Shown here in pieces: positions 40,890 through 55,349 of a stretch of 64,000 bases of DNA. The stretch is from positions 104,844,001 to 104,908,000 of the forward strand of contig CM052817.1 in the NCBI GenBank assembly GCA_028534125.1. The letters are read 5' to 3'. A model generated the notes under the pieces. That model saw only the letters and a program-made list of their open reading frames with translations. It made no database searches and had not been told where the DNA came from. Position 1 is the stretch's first letter; each line of letters starts with the position of its first letter. Position numbers and translations under genes: made by a program. This stretch comes from Lama glama. Lineage: Eukaryota.

Positions 40890-41587
40890 CTTACTACCTC
40901 AGAAATAAAAGATATAGTTGAATTTAAGCTCTTGCTTTTCCTCTATTACAGTCAAAGCAAACTTTTCTAATTTATGCTTTCCTTAGGTTTCAATTCTTCA
41001 ACTTTTTACCTTCCTTATTTTGTTAAGATATGATATCAATCTCATTAGTTGGACATTTTAAAATAAGAGTACATGACATACTGCAAAAAAAGAGAAAAGA
41101 AAATGTATTTATGTTAATTTCTCCATGAATTTTTCCTCTTCTCTCTGGTTCTAATTACATCTTTATCATGGGTAAATGATTCAGCCTCTTCTTGCCTTGA
41201 TGTCTACAATCATAATCTGTGACTCTGGGAAATAAATAGCCAAGTTTCTCTCCGACTCTGCTGTACTGTCCTGGTTGAAAAAACTGGACAGAAGATTAAC
41301 GTGTAAACAACGTATCTAAATTGATATAACTGAAAATGTATATGTACATATTTTTTGTTACTTGACTATGGAGAATTATGTAACTGAGATTTGTTTAAAA
41401 AAATGTTATTTGTGGTTCTTCTCTTAGAGCCAAAGAGAATTCTTGGGTACTTTGAAAGCTGCATAAGGAATTTCATGGCCCTGAGTTCAGATAAAATTAA
41501 TGACTGTACTTTAGTGGCCTGACAAATCTCATCAGCTGTAGATAATCACAGATCAAGCTCATGGAATTTCAAAACAGTTCCCTTTTA

Positions 41588-41770
41588 AATTCTTGACTCT
41601 GCCTCTTATTAGCTGTGTGACTTCAGGCAAGTTATCAAATCTCTCTAATCCATTTACTCATCTGTAAACAGCATAAGGGTACTTACCTCAGGGGTTGTTT
41701 TAATAATTAAATTAGATAAAACAAGTGAGTCACTTGGCACTGCCCTAAAACACTGTGAACACTCACTGCA
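41588..41770 (+). mobile_element. MIR
   Basis: ACTCTGCCTCTTATTAGCTGTGTGACTTCAGGCAAGTTA..CTCATCTGTAAA. Confidence 0.8.
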
Positions 41771-42409
41771 AACTTGCTCCTGCAATTCCACCCATGATCA
41801 TCTTTATCTTTCATCTGTCTCTCCTCTCCTGTTTGTATCATCAAATATCCTGTAACCTTCCCACCTTTGAAAATAAGCTACCTTAGACCCCTAGGTAGGT
41901 ATCCCTTTCTACCTCTTGTTCTGCAAGTAGGATTAATATGTTGGTCACTTCCACATTGTTATCTCATTTCTTGACATCTCTATCCTCATCTCTGTCTCTG
42001 TTTATCCATCTATCTCTCTGTCTATTCCTCTGTGTATGTGTGTGTGTGTTTATGTACTCTTCCGTGTCCTTTTACACCTCATGTCTAGTTCACAAGAACA
42101 TCTTGTTGTTTGCACTTTTGATGTAGATTCAGAATTTGCCCACTTAATTGTCCCTTCAGGTACCACTTACCTGAAGCCATTGTTACCTCTTGCAGGACTC
42201 CTAAAATAGCCTACTGCTTATTTTTTTTCTTTTCTGTTAATGGTCAAGGTAATGAAAGAATGAGTAATAAGTAGCATCTATCATTATTATGTTTTTATAC
42301 AAATAAAAAACATTTAATCCTAAAGATGGAAGCAGCTGCCACTGGACTGTGGAAAGTCCTCTGTACCTCTAGCGGAGTTATTTCTTCCTAGTTGGGAGCC
42401 ATTCATTTG

Positions 42410-42748
42410 CAGTCATCCCTCAGTGTCTGCTGGGGATGGTTTCAGGACCCCTGCAGATATCAAGATCCGTGTATACACAAGTTTCTTACATAAAATGGCA
42501 TACTATTTGCATATAAATCTATGAACATCTTCTTTTATACTTTAAATCATTTGTAGATTATAGTATCTAATACACTGTAAAAGCCATGTAAATACTTATA
42601 AATACAATGTAAATTCCATGTAAATAGTTGCCAGCATGTGACAAATTCAAATTTTACCTTTTAGAACTTCCTGGAAATTTTTGAATATTTTCAATCCATG
42701 GTTGGTTCAATCCATGGATGCAGAATCCCTGGATATGAAGGACTTATT
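42410..42748. mobile_element. MER2B-like TcMar-Tigger MITE
   Basis: CAGTCATCCCTCAGTGTCTG..CAGGACCCCTGCAGAT...CCATGGATGCAGAATCCCTGGATATGAAGG. Confidence 0.85.
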
Positions 42749-42953
42749 TACTATATTTATTTAATCAAGAAACCTTTGTCAAGTGCTAACTATTTAGTAG
42801 GATCTGTGCTAGGGAATGAAAAAAATTAATAATTCACATTCAGTATCATCTGGGAGATTTTCTAGTAGATGATATGGGAGAGTTAAATCCTCCACAAAAA
42901 GTGAGACAATAGTGGTTCTGATCTTCTTGAGGGTCAATGAATGTGGCTAAGAC

Positions 42954-43226
<273 letters not shown>

Positions 43227-44129
43227 CCCTGCTGTATAGGAAATAATGCACTCATGATCATGGATTCTGACCTCCTGAGATTGCTCACTCCAGCTTCAAG
43301 TATTCAACAAGGGATGAATATCCCTCATGTGAGAAATACTGAAACAGTTGGAAGCAACAAAAACATCGTAAGCTTAGATGAAAGAGCACAATGTTGGATA
43401 CTTGCTCATTTAGTGACTGGGTCATTTGCTGCAAGCAGAACACAGCCCCTGGGCTATGAGCAAAGCCTCGACCCAACATCATACCATGTGTACAGAGACG
43501 AGGTCATCAGCAGACAATGTTGGTACTCAGCTGGAGGCGAACTGCTAGTTAAACATCTTGCCCCCGAGGCAAACAGATATCAACAGGAAGCAATGCTGCT
43601 GGAGGGAGCAATTTCAAACTCTGCAGGCAATGCTATATTTCTTGTAAAGTGTTCTTTATTTCCTGAAGCATAATTCAAGGGAAATCATTTTGCCATTTTC
43701 GATACCATAACTTTGGTTTCTTTATTTATAAGCACTTTATTTTTTTTATTGTAATAGAAACTTTCATTTTGAGTCTGTTCTTTGAGATATTCTGATGTAT
43801 TATTTGTTGGTGGTGATTTTTGCTGGGCTCTCATAATTAGGATCATAAACAGCAGGTGCCATAGAGCTTTGTGAGCTGTCAAATTAGGTGTCTTGGGAAA
43901 ATGGCAATTATTTCATTGAATACAGGCAGTTCAGCGCTCTAATGGCACAGTCCTAATGGATCTCTATATCCTGGACATGATTCACTTTATTCTCATTTCT
44001 GAAACATTATGTATTTAGGTGTGTTCAAAACAAAATTTTATATCGGAAAACTAATTGATGACTTAAGATGTTCAATCTAACAGTTAATAGCATGGTCTGT
44101 TCAGCAACTCAATTATTTTAACTTCTGAG

Positions 44130-44704
44130 GACAGTAGGCGCTGCTTGATATTCTGCTCATACGCCTTCCTCTCAGTTCTTGGATCTATACTGTTGTCACT
44201 TCAATCACGTGGTTCTGCTAGATTAATCTAGGATGCAGTTCCTGACCCAGTTTGGCTCCATTATGATATTTCACCTCCCTGACTACTGTTACTTGTCCAA
44301 AGCTGGAACTTTATCCAATTTGTACCAATGAAAACAATTCCTAAAGTGTTTTAGGATTAACTTTAGGCAAAAAGAATTTCAGTTTTTCTTCAAAAGTAAT
44401 GAACAATATTAATAAGATCTTTGGTTCTTTTGCTTCTAAGCCAGTGGGGAAAACCAGATTGAATAAGGAGAATCTATACAGGAAAACAAAAAACAAAAAA
44501 CAAAAAACAAAAAACAAAACACAGGGTAAGAGGTGGAAGGAGTGTATCCTGGTAATTTTCATGTCCTTTGGTCCTGTCACCCTGTGGCCCAGGTATACCA
44601 CTGTTCTTGAAAAAGATTGGTTATTTGTGCCAATCAATCTTTTGTATAAAATTGAGTCAGTTCAGGTAGATTTCTGAAATTGTAATTAGAATATACCTGA
44701 TACA
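44130..44704 (+). mobile_element. Old MLT1 (I/J-like) LTR
   Basis: TGAGTCAGTTCAGGTAGATTTCTG..CCTGATACA end. Confidence 0.45.
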
Positions 44705-44729
44705 TATGGCAAGAATCTCTTATGAGATG

Positions 44730-47130
44730 TCAGTCAGGTGTTAAAGTCCTCTACTATTACTGTATTATTGTCAATTTCTCTTTTTACATGTTATTATTTG
44801 CTTTATATACTTAAGTTCTCCTGTATCAGGTGGATATGTTAACAAGTATAACATCCTTTTTTTGTATTGTTGCCTTTGTCATTATATAATGCCTTTCTTT
44901 GTCTTTTGCTATAGGCTTTGTCTTAAAGTCTATTTTGTCTGTTACAAATATTGCCACCCCTGCTTCCTTGTCATTTCCACTTGTATGAAATATCTTTCTC
45001 TATCCTCTCACTTTCAGTCTGTGTTTGTCTTAAATTCTGAAGTGATTCTTTTGTAGGCAACATTTAGATAAGTCTCTTTAAAAAAAATCTAATTAGACAT
45101 CCTATGTTATTTGATTGGGGCATTTAGTGATTATTGATAGCTATGTACTTATTGCTATTTTGTTACTTGTTTTCTGGTTGTTTTTGTAGTTCTTCTCTGT
45201 TCATTTCTTCTTTTTGTTTTTTCTCTCGTGGTTTGATCATTTTCTTTGTAGTATGCTTGTGTTTTTCTTTTAAATTTTTGTTTATCTATTGTAGGTGTTT
45301 GATTTGTGTTCACCCTGGGGTTCCTATATGTTGACCTGTAAATATACTTACTTGTTTTAAACTGGTAATAATTTAAGTTCAAGCACATTCTAAAAGATCT
45401 ATATTTTTTTTTCTCCCCTCCACTGCCTTTTGTGTTTTTGATAGAATATTTTATATCTTTATGTTGATCCCTTTACTGTTTATGTTACTTAGAGTTCCTT
45501 GTATAATTTATTTTTTCTCTTGTAATTTTTGTACTGGCTTATTTAAGTGGTTGATCTTTAGTCTTTACTATATATCTGCCTTTCCTAGTGGGACTTTTCC
45601 TTTCCTATAGATTCTTACTTCTTTCACACTTAGAAAAAACCCTTTAAAGTTTCCTTTAGGGTATGTTTAGTATTGATGAACTCTTCTAGTTTTTTCTTGT
45701 CTGAGAAGTTCTTTCTCTCTCCTTTGATTCTAAGTGATAATCTTGCTGGCTAGAGTATCCTAGGTTGTCCGGTTTCCTTTTAGGATTTTGAACTTATCAT
45801 TCTACTCCCTCCTGGACTGCAAAGTTTCTACAGATAAATCAGCTGATAGCCTTAGGGGATTCCCTTGTACATGATTCTTTCTTTTACTCTTGCTGCCTTT
45901 AGAATTATTTCTTTAACTTTAAATTTGCCATTTTAATTATGATATATCTTGCTGTGGGTCTGTTTGGGTTCATCTTGTTTGGGACCCTCTGTGTTTCCTG
46001 TTCCTGGATGTCTGTTTTCTTCTTTATGTTTGGGAAAATTTTCAGCCATACTTTCCTCAAATACATTTTCAATCTCCGTCTATCCCTCTTGCTCTCCTGG
46101 GACCCATTATAATGCAAGTGTTAATGTGTTTATTGTTATCCCAGAGATTTCTTAAAATGCTTTCTTTTTTAATATTCCTTTTTGTTTTTGCTTTTCCAAC
46201 TGGGTGATTTCCTTTGTTCTATCTACCTTCCAGATCACTTATGCATTCTTCCATGTCATTTAGCCTACACTGTTCATTCCTTGTAGTGCATTTTTAATTT
46301 CAGCTATTGAATTCTTCATTTTTGATTGGGTCTGTTTATATTTTCTAGTGTCTTGTTAACATTTTCCCTGTGTACATCTCTTCTTTCCCCTAATTAATTA
46401 AATTTTTTATTAGCAATTCTTTATCTGGTAAATTATTTATTTCTGTTTCATTATTTATTTTTTAGGATTTTCCTTTGCTCTTTAAACTGAGAGCAGTTTC
46501 TCCCTTTTCATTTTGCTAAACTTTCTCTACCTCTTTGAATTTAGGTCAATTATTTACCAATTGCAGTCTTGAATGTGTGTTCTTAAGAGGAAATATGACT
46601 TTGCATACTGTGTGTGCCCAGTGCCTTTAGCGGGAAGTCCAGATTTGACATAGATGCCACTTACATATTTTTGAGTGTGTGCTGGCAACTATCACCTTGG
46701 TAGGAGGTGGGACTGGAGATAGAAGGGCTAGATCTGGATCCATGTGTAAGGAAGGACTTCGTCTATGCTCAGTGGCTATCACTGAACCTATGAGGGTTGG
46801 CATCTGACCCTAAGTTACTGGAGTAGAGCCCCTGGGAGTCAAACCTGAGCTGGCTCTGTTTCCTTTAATTGCGTGTTTTACCTTCTCCCTATGCTGGGAC
46901 TCTTGTCCCGAGGGAGAGTGTGCTGGAGCACAGATCCCAACCTAGTCACTTTCCTTCCATTCCTACCCTATTATGTGTGTATCTTTCTTACAGCCTTGAT
47001 TGTAAGGAGTCCCTCTGCCAGTTTCCAGTTAGCTTTCAGTGAGAACTGTTTCACATGTATATGTACTTTGATGAGTTTGTGGGGTGACAAAACCATCAAA
47101 AACGGTTATTCAATCATCTTGATTCATCTC
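44730..47130 (-). mobile_element. LINE-1 5'UTR, ORF1 and start of ORF2; same subfamily as 10625-15990
   Basis: ORF1 motif IFPNIKKKTDIQEQETQRVPNKMNPNRPTARYIIIKM; collinear with 12930-15990. Confidence 0.92.
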
Positions 47131-48182
47131 TAAGGAAAGAGTTGGTACCCCACATATTTTGGAACTGTTTAATACCTTCAAAATTTGTAGTATTTAAAAA
47201 AAATCTTTAATCTTCATCTTTTGAGAGTTTAAAAATTTTGAAAATGTAAAAAGTCATTGTTAGCCAAAGCCTGATAAAACTTTCAAGCTAGGCAATGCCA
47301 TTTGGAGTAAAACATGTTAGTTTTCATTATGGTCTTGACAGTTACTCAAAGGAAGTATAAATGGAAGTTGTGATTAATAGCAGTCACTGGAATAGGTGCT
47401 TACAATTTGTATACTTTTGATATTTATTGGATATGTACATGTGGTTTATTCATTCATGTATTTACTTTACCTACTTTCAAGTAGAATTTGAAATACTGAA
47501 GTTATAATATACTCATTTTTATAATTTAGGAATATCAGAGCAAATTAATTATGTGATGCTGACATCTTCCTTTAATTTTCTTACCCTGTGTTCTAACAAA
47601 ATGATCTCCTGTCATAAAAATAAATTCTACAATTTGTAGAATTAGAATTAGTCTTCTAAAAGATCTCCTCTGATGAGTTTTCCTTCCCTCATTGAAATAG
47701 CCCCAGTTTGCTGATCAGTCTAGTCAAAATTGTTTTACTTTCTAGTACCATGTAAATGCCCTTCAGAATTCTTTTCAGAACTCCCTGAGGGAGGCTCAAA
47801 ATTTCCTAGGGTCATTTATGACGTAAAGGGACACAAAAGAAGCAAGCTCTTCACATTGAGGAGATGTTGGTTTGTTTTCTCAGGCTATATTTTTTTGGTA
47901 TTATTCTAAAGGTCAAAAATACTGCTTCCATGTCTGGAAAATATTTGCCTTTTTTTTTGTCTTTTTACTCAAATAATAAAGAGCTAACCTGCTTCAAGTG
48001 TGGACAAGTATGCACAGGACATGGAAGGAGTTTGCATGTCTTGTAGAAAACCACGTAGAGATTCTAAACTTCTATTGTGTTATATAGAAAAGGTTATAGA
48101 TAATATCTATAATGTAAATATACTTTGTTTAAACACAAAAGTGTGGTTATCATCTTGTGTCCTTCCATCAGTTGTGACCAGG

Positions 48183-49353
48183 TTGTACTGAGTCCAAACT
48201 CTTTTTGCTTGCCACACATCAAGCCAGTAAATCAGGAGATAAGATGTTGGGGAAAGGAATAACAACTATATTTAGAAAACCAGCAGACCAAGAAGCTGGG
48301 GAACTAATGTCCTGGAGAACCAACTTCCCCAAGTCAGAATTCAGGCTCCTTTTTTACTATAAAGAGTAGGGGTGTGGTTGGTTGTTGCAAACTTCTTGGT
48401 GTCAGAATCCTTTGTTCTTGCAGCTGTCCATGTAGGTCAGGTCAAGATGTTCCTGTAAACTTCCAACAAGACAAATGTTATTTTCTGTCCTGCAACTTTG
48501 TGATCTCTATATGAATGGAAAAGTGTTATACCCTTAAAGGTCAGAGCCTTGAGAATAGGCTGTCTTGTATATTTCAGGCTCCAGGCAACATTCTTTTACA
48601 AAAGGTGCAGAATGAGTATGCCTGCTGCCAATAAGTGTAACCAGTATCTGGGTTCTAGTTTAAGCCCAGAAAAAAAATTTAGAGATAAAATGTAGAGATC
48701 AAGAAAGTAAAGTGAGGATTTATTAAAGGATTGATAGTACACTCTCAAGGGGAGAGTGAGCAGGGTCAGGTGAGTGGCTGCTCTGAGTTTCTTTGGCAAG
48801 TTGCTTACATAGGATGTAAAAATGAATCAGCAGAATATTCACTGGAGAGGAGAAGGTTTGGGGTCGTATTCCCTGATTTTCATTCTAACTCCACCTTCCC
48901 AAAGGGAGAAGGGATTTTTGTCCTTGTTTAATATGGATTGGAAGTGTCATGGCGTCAGTACATGAAGGGTATTTCTAATCTGCAAGGCTAATTTTATTGT
49001 AATGAGGGCATAATGAGCAAAAGGTTACATTTGGACATTCCTGACTTTTGCCACATTTCTTTGTTGACCTCCAGGCCACTCATCACCCTAAAAGGTGTGA
49101 CCGCTTATTAGCCCAGAGGTTTCTGCTTTTCCTTCTCTGGCCGGGGACCCCTGGTGCCTACATAATGTATGGTTTCCTGTGTTTGGCCTGTGCCCCTCCT
49201 TTCTGCCCAGTTCCTGCCATGTGGCCTGTGCCCCCCGTTCTCTGCTCATATCTAGCTCTCTGCCTGCTCTGACATGACTAAGCACAGGAATCAGAGCACA
49301 GGGTTAGAGCTAAAGGAACAGATTGAATATGGAGTCAGATTTGTCCTTCCCTA
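48183..49353 (-). mobile_element. MER41-like solo LTR, interrupted by a nested LTR
   Basis: Reverse complement of 75-386; ends ATGGAGTCAGATTTGTCCTTCCCTA. Confidence 0.8.
48623..49274 (-). mobile_element. Nested solo ERV1 LTR
   Basis: TG..CA ends; flanks TGCC/TGAC; closely similar to 51408-52021. Confidence 0.85.
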
Positions 49354-50382
49354 GGGGCAGTAGTGTGTCCCTTCACCCTCTATTCTGCTTAGCCTGTTTC
49401 TGAGAATGAGGTCTAAGCTTATTTTAGTTTCTTAGAAATGGAGGGTTATGGAAAGTTTTGGGCAGACCAGTTTGGATGTAAGAAACAGAATGTATGTTCT
49501 GCTTAGTTCGGAAAGGGGCTATTTAAGAAAGAATTGGAAAGACGTTGGTCCTGGTGAATGCTCTGGTTCTCTTTTATAGTTGCCATTCACATTGTCATTC
49601 TCTCTAAGGCTGTTCCAATTTCCTCTGTCATCCACTCAATTATTCCCCCAACTCCCTCAGATTATTTACAGGGTTTGCTCTTGTATCTTTGATTTGGAAC
49701 TTAACCTCCTGGCTCTAGATTTCTCTATTAACCAAATTTATTGTCTTGGGGTCACTTAGCTCACATTCCAAGGGAAGGAGCCTGGCTCAGTCTCTGTTTT
49801 CTCAGCCAGGCGGTACATCACAATTAGCCCTGGCTGAAGGGAGTGGGCAGAGATGAGTCATAAGAAAACCCCCATGCCTGTCCTCTGCCTCTGCAGTGGG
49901 GATTGCATTAGGCTTCTCTTAGAAGGAATAATGAGCAGGAATAGTATAAGCAAAGGCAATACGAAGTGCTAGCAATTTTTCAGCTAGTGAGACATATGGG
50001 ATGCTGTCATTTAAAAATTTTAGTTGCCTAATGGTTAACAGTACAAAGAATTCTTCAACTATAGGAAATCTGAATGATTTTTTTAAAGGAATACTGAAAA
50101 GAGATTTGAAATAGGTAGCAAGGTGGAAAGGCAATGGATCCTAAGAAAATTTGGAAGTGAAACAAAGTTGTGTTTAATGAACAGGGAGGAAACCAATAAA
50201 ACAGATATTTGTTGTTTTTTAAAAAATCTGTAACTTTACATCTTACCACATAGAGAAATAGAATATATCATCTTGTGTTTATATGCATTTTTAAAAGAAA
50301 AACAAAGTAATTTCAAGAGACTTTTAAGACATTAAAGTTTAACCTTACAGTTTAACTTAAGAAGTTGTTTGTTTTAATTTTT

Positions 50383-50519
50383 GAGGGATGGGAGGAGTAA
50401 TTAGGTTTTTAAAAAATTTATGTATTTATGTATTTATTTAATGGACGTACTGGGTATTGAACCCAAGAGCTCGTGCATGCTAAGCAAATGCTCTACCACT
50501 GAGCTGTACCCTCCACCCC
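50383..50519 (-). mobile_element. Camelid tRNA-derived SINE
   Basis: GTACTGGGTATTGAACCCAAGAGCTCGTGCATGCTAAGC..CTACCACTGAGCT. Confidence 0.85.
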
Positions 50520-50675
50520 TTAAACTAAGTAGTTTGTAGGTCAAATCTTGGGGTCATATTTGATGCATCTTTCGTATATACAAAGAGTCACTAATTTATC
50601 TTAATTTTATTTTGCCAATATTTATAAAATTCATCCTCCTTTCTTCCCTCTTTTTCTTCCTCCATACCTACCTAC

Positions 50676-50784
50676 TTTCTTTCTTCTTTCTTTCTTTCTT
50701 TTTCTTTCCTTCATTTCTTTCTTTCTGTTTCTTTCTCTCTTCCTTTCTGTTTCTTTCTCCCTTTCTTTCTCCCTTTCTTTCTCC

Positions 50785-50842
<58 letters not shown>

Positions 50843-50848
50843 CTCTTC
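50676..50848. repeat. (TTTC)n microsatellite
   Basis: Seen directly. Confidence 0.95.
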
Positions 50849-51407
50849 ACCACTAGTAACCTAATTCTTAGACATATTAAGATATTATTCTCCTAATGAT
50901 CTCCTTGCATCTAGTTTTTCCCTTCTTAAGGCTGATTCTCAACATTGCCCTCAGAGGACTATTTCCAAAGGACACATACCACTATGCCATTATGCCAATT
51001 TGCTTTTAAAACTATTTTATGGCTTTAAATTGGTCATAAATTCAAATCATAACTCCAAACATATGTTTAATGCTTATTCAGAATTGCAATTTGACCAACA
51101 TGACCAGCCTCATCTTCTCCTGCTTTGCTGTCCTGTATGTTATACATCCTACATCCTTTGACACATAAGGCACAATTTCAAGAACGCATGCTATTACTCC
51201 TGTTAGCTTTTCTGTCCTAATGTGTTTCAGTAGGTCAAAATCCCTATTAGTCTTCAAAGTCCAGGTCAAATTTATTTTCCTTTGTGCAATTTTCCACAAA
51301 GCTTTCATCCCTTCTCTCCATGGCTTTTTTGGACATAGAGATTTCTCTTCCTCCATTCTCATGTCTTTCTGCTTCCTTTAAAGCACTTATCACACTCAGG
51401 CACTATA

Positions 51408-52021
51408 GGTTAGATAAATTTGTTGGCAGAGATTAGGTTCTCATCTCATTGCAGAAAGAATTCAGACAAGACAGGAATGTCAAGAAAGTAAAGTAAGGGT
51501 TTATTAAGCAGTATGTATTATGCTTGCAGTGAAAGAGCGGGCAGACTCAGGTGAGCAGAAGTGCTGAATTTCTTTGGCAAGTTGGTTACATAGGGTGTAA
51601 AAACAAATGGGTGAAATATTCATTGGCATGGGAGGGGCTTGAGGTCATAACCTCTGATTTTCATCCCAGCTCCACCTTCTCAAGGGGAGGAGGAATTTTT
51701 GTTCTTATTTAGTCCAGATTGGAAGTGGCATGGTGTCAGTGCATGATGGGTACTTTTCATCTCTGAGGCTAATTTTATTATAATGAGCATAATGAGCAAA
51801 AGGCTACATTTGAACACTGGACATTCCTGCCTTTTCCCACCTTTCTTTGCCTGCCTCCAGGACACTTGTCACCCCAAAAGGTGTGGTTTCTTATCAGTCT
51901 GGAGGATCCTGCTTTTCTCTGTCTACCCAAAGACTCCAATTGTTCTAAAGATGTATGGTTTCCTGCAGTTTGGTCCCTGGCCCCTTTTCTGCTCATATCT
52001 AGCTCTCTGCCTGCTCTAATG
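51408..52021 (-). mobile_element. Solo ERV1 LTR inside an L2 remnant
   Basis: Terminal inverted GTTAGA/TCTAA; flanks TATA/TATG; paralogous to 48623-49274. Confidence 0.85.
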
Positions 52022-52879
52022 TATGAATTTTGGTTTGGTTTTGAAATAGTATCTCTTGGCTATTCTCCATCTTGCATGTAGTAGATATTCAATGAAATAT
52101 TGGTTAAACATCTTGACTTGATCCAAACATCAGTCAAAATGATCAGCTTGGTAGCCAATGTCTTTGTCAAATAAATTATGAATTATTTTCTAAACAAAGA
52201 AAAAAATGTTAAGCTTGAAGGAAAAGAATAATTAGTGCTTTAAAAAGAAAGACTTCAAGGTTTGTTAAAGAATTATTATTTTATCAGGCCGTCGGGTCAT
52301 TTAATATTCTGATAAAATTTACAGAAACTTTTAATGGTTATTCTATTACTTACCTGATAAACATTTTCTTTTATGTCTTTATAGACATTAAGATCATCTA
52401 AAAATACATTAAACATTTATATTTACCGACACTATACAAAACAATTCCCTAAAGATAGAAATAATAACTCTACTAAAGTAAAAACATCCATGCAGTCCCA
52501 AATAAGTTTAATCTTTAGAGAGAAGAGGATGTTAATTTAACTAAACTTTTTTGAAAAATCATGAAACTAAAACCATTAGTATAATTATTTGCCAAAGTTG
52601 GATAATTTAATTGTAATTAATGTGTTAAGATTATCTTAAACACACACTCATGTACATTATGCACATTTATAAGGTTGGGTAACTTTATCGTGATTGATGT
52701 ACTGAGTTGATTTTTAACTGCATATTCTGTACTTTATCCTAAGTCTCTTAATATGATTGCATTTCTCTCTAAATAGCTTTAATATATTAAATTATATTTG
52801 TGAAAGAACTTATCAAAATTTAAATGAAAAGTTTTAAAACTTTAAAGTTTTAAAATACTGAGATTTTTACAGGAACATT

Positions 52880-53068
52880 TTCCTCAAGGTTTTACTGAAT
52901 TCACAGGCAGCAGAATCAGCTCAGATGCCCGCTCACATGTAAGCTTTTAGGGTTCCACCTCACTGTATCTGTAATTAGAATCTGTTAAAGGTAAAGCTCC
53001 TATTAAACTGCATTTTTTACAAGGTCCACAGGAAATTTCTATACATGTCAAAAGTTTAAGAATCACTG
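52880..53068. mobile_element. MER5-like hAT MITE
   Basis: CAGCAGAATCA..CTGCATTTTTTACAAG..AAAGTTTAAGAATCACTG. Confidence 0.6.
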
Positions 53069-54081
53069 ATTGTAATATGAAATGCATCTTGACCTGATCA
53101 TCAACATTGTTTAATAAATTCAAAGCATCAAAAAATGTTCTCAGGGTAGCCTGGTACTCAGGTACTGCTTTTTTTGTGTGTGTGTGAAAACTGCTTTAAT
53201 TGATTATTACTCTTCAGGTAAATATTTGACTATCTTTACTTCTGTGCTAAGGGAAATAATTGCTCCAAACTAGCAAAATAACCAAATCTCCTGACCTGAC
53301 TAGACACTCAGGATCCCTTGAATGTGGCTGATCTTAGGGCTCCACACAGACTCAGCACCTTAATTCACATGACCTTTTGCTTTAAGCCAGTTGGAGAGAA
53401 TGTAGCTGGATGACATTTGAAAATAGATTAAAGGTCCCATCCTAGATCTGAGTGAAAAATACACACACGTGTACACACACATTCACAAGCATGCATGGAC
53501 ACACACACACACACACACACACTCACAAACACACACACACCTATATTTATTTCATTGACTTATTTATGTTGTTGGTGGATAAATCATTATATAGATTTTA
53601 ATTTCCTTAGCCAATAAGGTACCTGACACATATTATGACATTTGCCATTTTATGGGCTGATGTAATTTTATTTTCTATGATTTTTCAGAATTTTTCTCTG
53701 CTGGATAATCTTCAAATAAGCATTTTAACTTTCTTGAAGAAATATATAAGTTTTCTCAAAATTGATTTTGAAATTTGGCTTTTTTTAATACTGTTGATTC
53801 TTACTATTCATCCAAAGTACGTATTGTAATATTCTTACAGACTTAAAAGTTTAAAAAAGTAAAGCCTTTCATGTGTCAGCATTTCAGAATGTCTTCAGTT
53901 TTAGTTTATTTTGCTGTAGGTACTTGATTTTGTACCATTTTGTCATTATTGACATTGTGTCTCAACCAGTGTAATTTTTTTCTTTCTTAAATTTTGTATT
54001 TTTATAAAATATTCAAGTAAATCAATTCTTCTTGGAAGTTTTTTTTTTTCATTTATAATGCCTTTTGGCTGATCTATTGCT

Positions 54082-54577
54082 GCAATTTTCAAAATTTTTG
54101 GTTTCTCAGGAACTCTTTGCACTAATAAAAATTCTTGAGGACCCCAAAGAGCTTTTTAAAAATGATGATTATATCTATTTATATTAATCAACTTATAAAT
54201 TAAAACTAAACAAATATTAATTTACTTGAAAATATCCACAGGCCCATTACAGGTTAATATAAATACATTTTTTAATTAAAAGATAACTATAATTTCCGGG
54301 CCAAAATTTACTGAAGAAAGCGGCATTATTCCACATTTTTGCAACTCTCTTTAAAGTCTAGCTTAATGGAAAACATCTGGATTCTCACCTATGATTCTGC
54401 ACTCAAACTGTTGTGATATCACATGACAAACAGCCTCTGGAAAACTGTGTGCTTCTCCGGAGGGTGTGAGAATGAAAATGGCAGATAACATTTTAATATT
54501 CTTAAAAAAAAACATATTGTTTTTGTATATGCCCCAAAAGATCTTGGGGACTTAAGACTGCACTTTGAGAACTGCTG
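54082..54577. mobile_element. Charlie4a-like hAT element
   Basis: TTGAGGACCCCAAAGAGCTTT..CACATTTTTGCAA..CACTTTGAGAACTGCTG. Confidence 0.75.
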
Positions 54578-55349
54578 TTCAGGAAAAGCACACCTTGGAC
54601 CTTAACACCTTTCACCTGCCTGGAATGTCAAGATCTAAGTAAAAGTCTCCCCATCTTTTTCTGTACATCCCACTGGCACCATAAAATATAACTCTTTCTA
54701 TAAAGCATATCTTTTAGGTCTTTTTCAAATATTTAGTTATTAAAATTCCCAAAAGACGTCATCATTAAGACAATCTAGTCAGATCAGAAAAATCAATCAC
54801 ACTATACCTGGTGTAAGAGCCCAATTCCCTTTTTTATATTTTATTTTTTACTGAGTTGTAAAAGCCACATTTTCACAAGAGCATTGACAAAGGAGAGTTT
54901 ATACAGAGAATAATCATGAAAGTAAAAATCTTAAATTTTTTGAGGATAACTTAATTTTATCCATTCATTCATTTATCAATCTATCTTTACTAAATATAGG
55001 TATAATTCATGTTTCTCTAAAAGTTCAAGCAGTAGAGAAACATAAAAGGTAAAAACCAATGTATTTTCCCACACTGGCTTTCCATTTTCCAGAAGTAGTC
55101 ACTACGTAATATCTTGTGTATCTTATAAAAATTACGCATCTGTAAGAATGCCTATACATACATGCATATATCTTTCCTTTTCTTTTTCTATATATGTATA
55201 TATCTACCTATTTTTCTATCTAAATCTTTTTCTTTGAGCACTTTCTGTGTGAAGGAGCCATGCTAGTTCTGATGACACAGCTGTGAGCAAAAAGGGTTGA
55301 CCTTTTACCCTTAGAATACTAAATTTTATAGGCAGCTGGAGTGAGACGG

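Noticed and set aside
43254..43673. 139-aa ATG-initiated ORF
   Set aside because: No recognisable homology or splice context; plausible by chance in 64 kb.
52828..52857. AT-rich palindrome TTTTAAAACTTTAAAGTTTTAAAA
   Set aside because: Low complexity in AT-rich DNA; expected by chance or slippage.
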